A DNA stretch of 32,000 bases from Pseudidiomarina andamanensis (GTDB lineage: Bacteria; Pseudomonadota; Gammaproteobacteria; Enterobacterales; Alteromonadaceae), in NCBI RefSeq assembly GCF_009734345.1, contig NZ_CP032551.1, positions 210,001 through 242,000 of the forward strand, written 5' to 3'. The notes under the pieces were generated by a model. It saw nothing but the letters and a program-made list of their open reading frames with translations, was not told the origin of the DNA and ran no database searches. Below are positions 27,358-32,000 of this stretch, piece by piece. Within the stretch, counting starts at the first letter, position 1. Each line of letters starts with the position of its first letter. Made by a program: the position numbers and the translations under genes.

Positions 27358-28599
27358 ATGTTTAAGGCTTGGTTTGCAATTCCATTCTGGCAGCGCGTGC
27401 TTGGTGCTTTTGCGCTGGGTGTGATTATTGGTGTAGTACATCCCGACGTGGCGCAGGCGTTGCGTCCGCTGGGCACGTTGTTTATTAATGCGCTGAAAAT
27501 GTTAGTGGCACCATTGATTTTCTTCGCCATCGTGAGTGCTATTTTGCAACTCGGTAGCGGTGAGAAAGCCGGCAAGATTGGTGCGCAGACCATCGGCTTG
27601 TTCTTGCTAACGGCTGTTATTGCTAGTTTAATTGGTTTATCTGTTGCGCAACTGCTGGACATTACCCCTTCGCCTGACTTGGTAGCCGACAGTAATTACC
27701 AGCCTAAGGATGTGCCTGGGCCAATTGAGGTTTTCTTAAACTTTATTCCGACGAATCCAATTGCGGCACTGGCTGAAGGCAACGTGATTCAGATTGTCGT
27801 GTTTGCGGCATTGGTTGGCGTAGCGATTAATCAGTTGGGCGACGTGGCGAAGCCATTTGGCGATGTGATGAAAGCCGGCGCTCAGGTGATGTATCGTATT
27901 ACCAAGATGGTGCTAGAATTAACCCCGCTTGGGGTTTTGGGTTTGATGGCTTGGGTTGTGGGGCATTATGGGCTATCAAGCTTGACCCCGTTGGCGGCGT
28001 TTATCGGCGCAATCTATTTGGCATGTATTCTTCACATCGTGTTGGTTTACGGCACCATGGTGCGTTTAGCCGGTATGTCGCCATGGTTTTTCTTTAAGTC
28101 GGTGTTTTCGGCACAATTGGTTGCGTTCACCACCTGCAGTAGCTTCGGCACGATTCCAGCGGCCCATCAGGCCATTACTGAAAAGTTGGGCGTGCAAAAA
28201 GAGTACGCCAGTTTTGTTTTACCGCTCGGTGCCACCATCAACATGGACGGTTGTGGCGGTATTTACCCAGCAATTGCCTCTATCTTTATTGCGCAAATTT
28301 ACGGTATTCCGCTAGACTGGGCTGATTACATGTTAATTACGTTGACGGCAACTTTGGCATCAGTGGGTACTGCAGGTGTTCCTGGAACGGCAATGGTGAT
28401 GTTAACGGTAACCCTAAATGCTATAGGATTACCGCTTGAAGGTATCGCATTTATTGCTGCTATTGATCGTATTATTGACATGGCTCGAACGGCAACAAAT
28501 GTCACCGGCGACATGGCTGTATCCGTCGTTCTCGGTAGAAGCAATCAGCAAACACAGCAATCACCAAGCAACGATCAACCAATAACGAATAACGAATAA
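27358..28599 (+). CDS. Dicarboxylate/amino acid:cation symporter (DAACS/SDF family)
   Basis: 413 aa and polytopic. Family-typical segments are ...TCSSFGTIPA..., ...LPLGATINMDG... and ...IDRIIDMARTATNVTGD.... The substrate cannot be inferred by eye. Confidence 0.85.
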   Translation: MFKAWFAIPFWQRVLGAFALGVIIGVVHPDVAQALRPLGTLFINALKMLVAPLIFFAIVSAILQLGSGEKAGKIGAQTIGLFLLTAVIASLIGLSVAQLLDITPSPDLVADSNYQPKDVPGPIEVFLNFIPTNPIAALAEGNVIQIVVFAALVGVAINQLGDVAKPFGDVMKAGAQVMYRITKMVLELTPLGVLGLMAWVVGHYGLSSLTPLAAFIGAIYLACILHIVLVYGTMVRLAGMSPWFFFKSVFSAQLVAFTTCSSFGTIPAAHQAITEKLGVQKEYASFVLPLGATINMDGCGGIYPAIASIFIAQIYGIPLDWADYMLITLTATLASVGTAGVPGTAMVMLTVTLNAIGLPLEGIAFIAAIDRIIDMARTATNVTGDMAVSVVLGRSNQQTQQSPSNDQPITNNE

Positions 28600-28621
28600 C
28601 CAATAACGAATAACGACAAAC
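28573..28621 (+). repeat. Tandem array of 7 heptamers spanning the symporter stop codon and the whole spacer to dapB
   Basis: GATCAAC CAATAAC GAATAAC GAATAAC CAATAAC GAATAAC GACAAAC. The symporter TAA (28597-28599) lies inside the fourth unit. The dapB SD GAGG begins at 28622. Confidence 0.85.
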
Positions 28622-28629
28622 GAGGAATT

Positions 28630-29433
28630 ATGAAGCTAGGGATATTAGGAGCCAGCGGTCGTATGGGCAAAGCAGTGGTTGCCAACGCATCACGACTTCA
28701 TGCAACGGTAACAGCTGCTGTTGTTAGTGAGCAGTCTAGCCGCTATGGCGAACCTATTTATCCTAACGCTGCCGAAGCTGGAGTGCGGTTTCAGCACGCA
28801 GGTGAGATTGTACTTCATCAAACTGATGTTCTTATCGATTTTTCGTTACCGCAGGCGTTAGAAAATAATATTGCCCTAGCACAGCGTCTCGGTGTGCCGC
28901 TTGTTGTTTGCACAACAGGATTGAGCGAGGGGCAACATGAATTATTGGCTCAAGCTGGGCAGTCCATGCCGGTTTTATACGCAGCAAATACCAGTGTTGG
29001 CATCACGTTATTACGCCAGTTAGTTCAACTGACTTCTGCTGCGTTGCCAGATACAGATATCGAAATTTTTGAGGCTCACCATAGTGCGAAACGCGATGGG
29101 CCGTCAGGAACGGCAGTTGCACTTGGCGAAAGTGCTGCAGCAGGGCGCGGCAAAAGTTTAAGTGAACTTTCTGCCGGCGTGCGTGGTGATGGCTTGCGTG
29201 AAACTGGTTCAATTGGTTTTTCGATCATGCGCGCAGCGGATATTATTGGCGAACATACGGTTTTATTTGCACATGCCGGTGAACGTATTGAATTAACCCA
29301 CCGCGTGAGCAACCGTCAGATTTTCGCTCAGGGTGCAGTACAAGCGGCAAAGTGGTTGAAAGATCAGCCGGCGGGCTTATACAGCATGGCCGATATGCTG
29401 CAATTAAAAACACTTTTGAAACAATTGATCTAG
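28630..29433 (+). CDS. dapB: 4-hydroxy-tetrahydrodipicolinate reductase
   Basis: 267 aa. N-terminal GASGRMGK dinucleotide fold and the catalytic EAHHSAKRDGPSGTA signature. Adjacent to carAB. Confidence 0.92.
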   Translation: MKLGILGASGRMGKAVVANASRLHATVTAAVVSEQSSRYGEPIYPNAAEAGVRFQHAGEIVLHQTDVLIDFSLPQALENNIALAQRLGVPLVVCTTGLSEGQHELLAQAGQSMPVLYAANTSVGITLLRQLVQLTSAALPDTDIEIFEAHHSAKRDGPSGTAVALGESAAAGRGKSLSELSAGVRGDGLRETGSIGFSIMRAADIIGEHTVLFAHAGERIELTHRVSNRQIFAQGAVQAAKWLKDQPAGLYSMADMLQLKTLLKQLI

Positions 29434-29676
29434 CTTCACGGGCTAGTGCAACGTCTTTGTACAAATCACCAATTTTCAGTTTACGAAACGGCCGATTTTC
29501 TGTAGAATACGGTCAATTTGCCAGTAACATTTCGGGCAAGCTGAAACGCGCACTCCACTGGTACTCAGAAACGCGATTTTAGAATCACAGTTTTTGAATA
29601 TCCGACGCTGGTGCAAGGTAATCAACGGGGAAGTCATTTTTTGATTCACCCGTTTTTTTATGTACGGAGGTTAACC

Positions 29677-30816
29677 TTGAGTATTCTAGCGAGCCACTCA
29701 GCAAGTAAAGCCATTTTGGTACTTGCCGATGGGACTGTTTTTCACGGCACGGCCATTGGCGCCGGCGGTACCGCGGTTGGTGAAGTTGTTTTTAACACCG
29801 CCATGACCGGTTACCAAGAAATTCTCACCGACCCCTCCTACGCAGAACAGATCGTTACCCTTACTTATCCCCACATTGGCAATTACGGTACTAACCACGA
29901 AGATGAAGAATCCAATCGCGTTTGGGCGAAGGGTCTGATTATTCGTGACATGTCGTTGAAAGCAAGCAACTTCCGCCGTGAACAGTCATTGGGTGATTAC
30001 CTACGTCAACGTAATGTTGTGGGTATTGCGGATATTGATACGCGTAAATTGACGCGCATTTTGCGTGAAAAGGGTGCGCAGAATGGCTGTATCATGGCTG
30101 GAGAAATTGATGTGGAGCAGGCGCTTGAACTGGCGCAGAAATTCCCGGGCTTGAAAGGTTTAGACCTCGCCAAAGAAGTCACAATTCGAACGCCAGTTGA
30201 ATGGACCAGCAAAAGCTGGAAACTCGGTCAGGGGTTTAGCGAACTGACGGAGCCGAAATTCCACGTGGTAGCCTACGACTACGGATGCAAACGCAATATT
30301 CTTCGTCTCCTAGCCGATCGTGGCTGTAAAGTGACGATGGTGCCTGCGCAAACACCAGCAAAAGACGTACTTGCGATGAATCCAGATGGCGTATTTTTGT
30401 CGAACGGCCCTGGTGACCCAGAGCCATGTGATTACGCGATTAAAGCAATTCAAGACATCATCGAAGCCCAAGTACCTATTTTCGGAATTTGCTTAGGTCA
30501 TCAGCTGCTTGCTCTAGCAAGTGGCGCACAAACCGTAAAAATGAAGCTGGGCCACCACGGTGCAAACCATCCAGTGCAAGATTTAGCCAGTGGTCGCGTT
30601 ATGATTACCAGCCAGAACCATGGTTTTGCGGTAGACGAAGCAACGTTACCGGAGAATCTTAAGGCAACCCATAAATCACTATTTGACGGTACCTTACAGG
30701 GTATTGAGCGAACGGATGTGAAAGCGTTTAGTTTTCAAGGACACCCAGAAGCGAGCCCTGGCCCGAATGATGCGGCCCCGTTATTTGACCACTTTATTGA
30801 ATTGATGAGCCAGTAA
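29677..30816 (+). CDS. carA: Carbamoyl-phosphate synthase small (glutaminase) subunit
   Basis: I place the start at TTG 29677, with GGAGG 6 nt upstream. This gives (M)[23 protein letters not shown]..., collinear with the E. coli CarA N-terminus. The GATase triad region GICLGHQ is present. The track GTG at 29611 adds 22 non-conserved residues. Confidence 0.9.
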   Translation: MSILASHSASKAILVLADGTVFHGTAIGAGGTAVGEVVFNTAMTGYQEILTDPSYAEQIVTLTYPHIGNYGTNHEDEESNRVWAKGLIIRDMSLKASNFRREQSLGDYLRQRNVVGIADIDTRKLTRILREKGAQNGCIMAGEIDVEQALELAQKFPGLKGLDLAKEVTIRTPVEWTSKSWKLGQGFSELTEPKFHVVAYDYGCKRNILRLLADRGCKVTMVPAQTPAKDVLAMNPDGVFLSNGPGDPEPCDYAIKAIQDIIEAQVPIFGICLGHQLLALASGAQTVKMKLGHHGANHPVQDLASGRVMITSQNHGFAVDEATLPENLKATHKSLFDGTLQGIERTDVKAFSFQGHPEASPGPNDAAPLFDHFIELMSQ

Positions 30817-30818
30817 CT

Positions 30819-32000
30819 ATGCCAAAACGTACCGACATTAAAAGCATTCTAATTCTTGGTGCTGGTCCGATTGTTATCGGCCAGGCCTGTGAGTTCGACT
30901 ACTCTGGTGCTCAAGCCTGTAAAGCGCTACGTGAGGAAGGTTACCGGGTAATTTTGGTGAACTCGAACCCAGCAACCATCATGACCGATCCTGAAATGGC
31001 CGATGTGACATACATTGAGCCGATTCACTGGGAAGTTGTTGCGAAGATTATTGAAGTGGAACGCCCTGACGCTGTGTTACCAACTATGGGTGGTCAAACA
31101 GCATTAAACTGTGCGCTAGAGCTCGATAAGCATGGCGTATTGGCGAAATATGGCGTTGAAATGATTGGCGCTAATGCGGACGCCATCGACAAAGCGGAAG
31201 ATCGCGACCGCTTCGATAAGGCAATGAAAGCTATTGGGCTTGAAACACCGAACGCAAAGGTTGCTCACAATTTACAAGAAGCTTTTGAAATTCAAGAAGA
31301 GTTCGGCTTCCCACTAATTATTCGCCCAAGTTTCACCATGGGTGGAAGCGGCGGTGGTATCGCCTATAACCGTGAAGAGTTTGAAGAAATTTGTCGTCGC
31401 GGTTTAGATTTATCACCGACGAAAGAATTACTCATCGACCAATCATTAATTGGTTGGAAAGAATACGAAATGGAAGTGGTACGTGACCGTGCAGACAACT
31501 GCATTATCGTCTGTGCCATTGAAAACTTTGACGCTATGGGTATTCACACCGGTGACTCAATCACCGTAGCGCCATCACAAACATTAACCGACAAAGAGTA
31601 CCAGTTGATGCGTGACGCAGCGATGGCTGTATTGCGTGAAATTGGTGTTGAAACCGGTGGTTCAAACGTTCAGTTCGGTGTTTGTCCTGATACTGGTCGT
31701 ATGGTTGTGATTGAGATGAACCCACGGGTATCACGTTCATCTGCGTTAGCATCGAAAGCCACTGGCTTCCCAATTGCGAAAGTTGCAGCGAAATTGGCTG
31801 TTGGTTATACCCTTGATGAACTTGAAAACGAAATCACGGGTGGCGTAACTCCAGCTTCGTTTGAGCCTGCGTTAGATTACGTTGTGACTAAGATTCCTCG
31901 CTTTAACTTTGAAAAGTTTGCAGGTTGTAACGACCGTCTCACCACCCAAATGAAATCAGTGGGTGAGGTGATGGCTATTGGTCGTAACCAGCAAGAGTCA
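30819..32000 (+). CDS. carB: Carbamoyl-phosphate synthase large subunit, N-terminal 394 codons (3' part lies outside the window)
   Basis: ATG at 30819, 2 nt after the carA stop. [42 protein letters not shown]... is the canonical CarB start. The frame stays open to the window end. It is absent from the ORF track because no stop is reached. Confidence 0.95.
   Translation, partial: MPKRTDIKSILILGAGPIVIGQACEFDYSGAQACKALREEGYRVILVNSNPATIMTDPEMADVTYIEPIHWEVVAKIIEVERPDAVLPTMGGQTALNCALELDKHGVLAKYGVEMIGANADAIDKAEDRDRFDKAMKAIGLETPNAKVAHNLQEAFEIQEEFGFPLIIRPSFTMGGSGGGIAYNREEFEEICRRGLDLSPTKELLIDQSLIGWKEYEMEVVRDRADNCIIVCAIENFDAMGIHTGDSITVAPSQTLTDKEYQLMRDAAMAVLREIGVETGGSNVQFGVCPDTGRMVVIEMNPRVSRSSALASKATGFPIAKVAAKLAVGYTLDELENEITGGVTPASFEPALDYVVTKIPRFNFEKFAGCNDRLTTQMKSVGEVMAIGRNQQES

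Noticed and set aside
26059-28621. Possibility that the heptamer arrays are a CRISPR array or a phase-variable slipped-strand tract
   Set aside because: The units are 7 nt with no spacers and no cas genes, so this is not CRISPR. The units are imperfect and heterogeneous, which makes classical slipped-strand phase variation unlikely. Only the last 8 codons of one gene overlap an array, and there all frames still terminate.
29352-29582. 76-aa plus-strand ORF in the dapB-carA spacer
   Set aside because: It begins inside the dapB 3' end in another frame, has no SD and has an unremarkable composition. The region is more plausibly the carAB control region.
29611-29676. GTG-initiated 22-codon extension of carA
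   Set aside because: The extra residues ([22 protein letters not shown]) have no CarA counterpart and run through the T-rich leader. TTG 29677 has GGAGG at ideal spacing and restores collinearity with known CarA N-termini.

Overview
This window is mostly ordinary core chromosome of a gammaproteobacterium; I cannot name the organism from sequence alone. I saw no transposase, integrase, phage, CRISPR/cas or recognisable defence genes, and no convincing new multi-gene system.

Gene order:
- lon (last 20 codons), hupB, tRNA-Asp(GUC), ppiD (+).
- A six-gene, translationally coupled MoxR / DUF58 / DUF4381 / VWA / VWA-TPR / BatD (Bat-like) operon (-).
- fadI-fadJ (+), then a 65-aa membrane ORF (+).
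- A Y_Y_Y-TM-PAS-PAS-GGDEF-EAL signalling protein (-) and a signal-less M16 insulinase-type peptidase (-).
- bamE, recN, nadK (-), with an SOS-box promoter on recN.
- grpE-dnaK-dnaJ (+), with two textbook sigma32 promoters.
- An M48 lipoprotein peptidase, a DAACS-family symporter, dapB, carA and the 5' part of carB (+).

The one structure that standard annotation does not explain is a family of tandem heptanucleotide repeats, forward unit (G/C)A(A/G)(T/C)AAC. It fills every intergenic spacer between dnaJ and dapB (26.05-28.62 kb).
- Forward arrays end 8-17 nt upstream of three consecutive start codons.
- One array overlaps the symporter stop codon.
- Inverted blocks form GAGA-loop hairpins, present as two copies of a ~54-nt element.
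- The repeats bracket the two genes that separate dnaJ from dapB.

The Bat-like operon is the least understood protein system here, but it belongs to a known family. All protein calls rest on motif and family recognition by eye. No searches were run.
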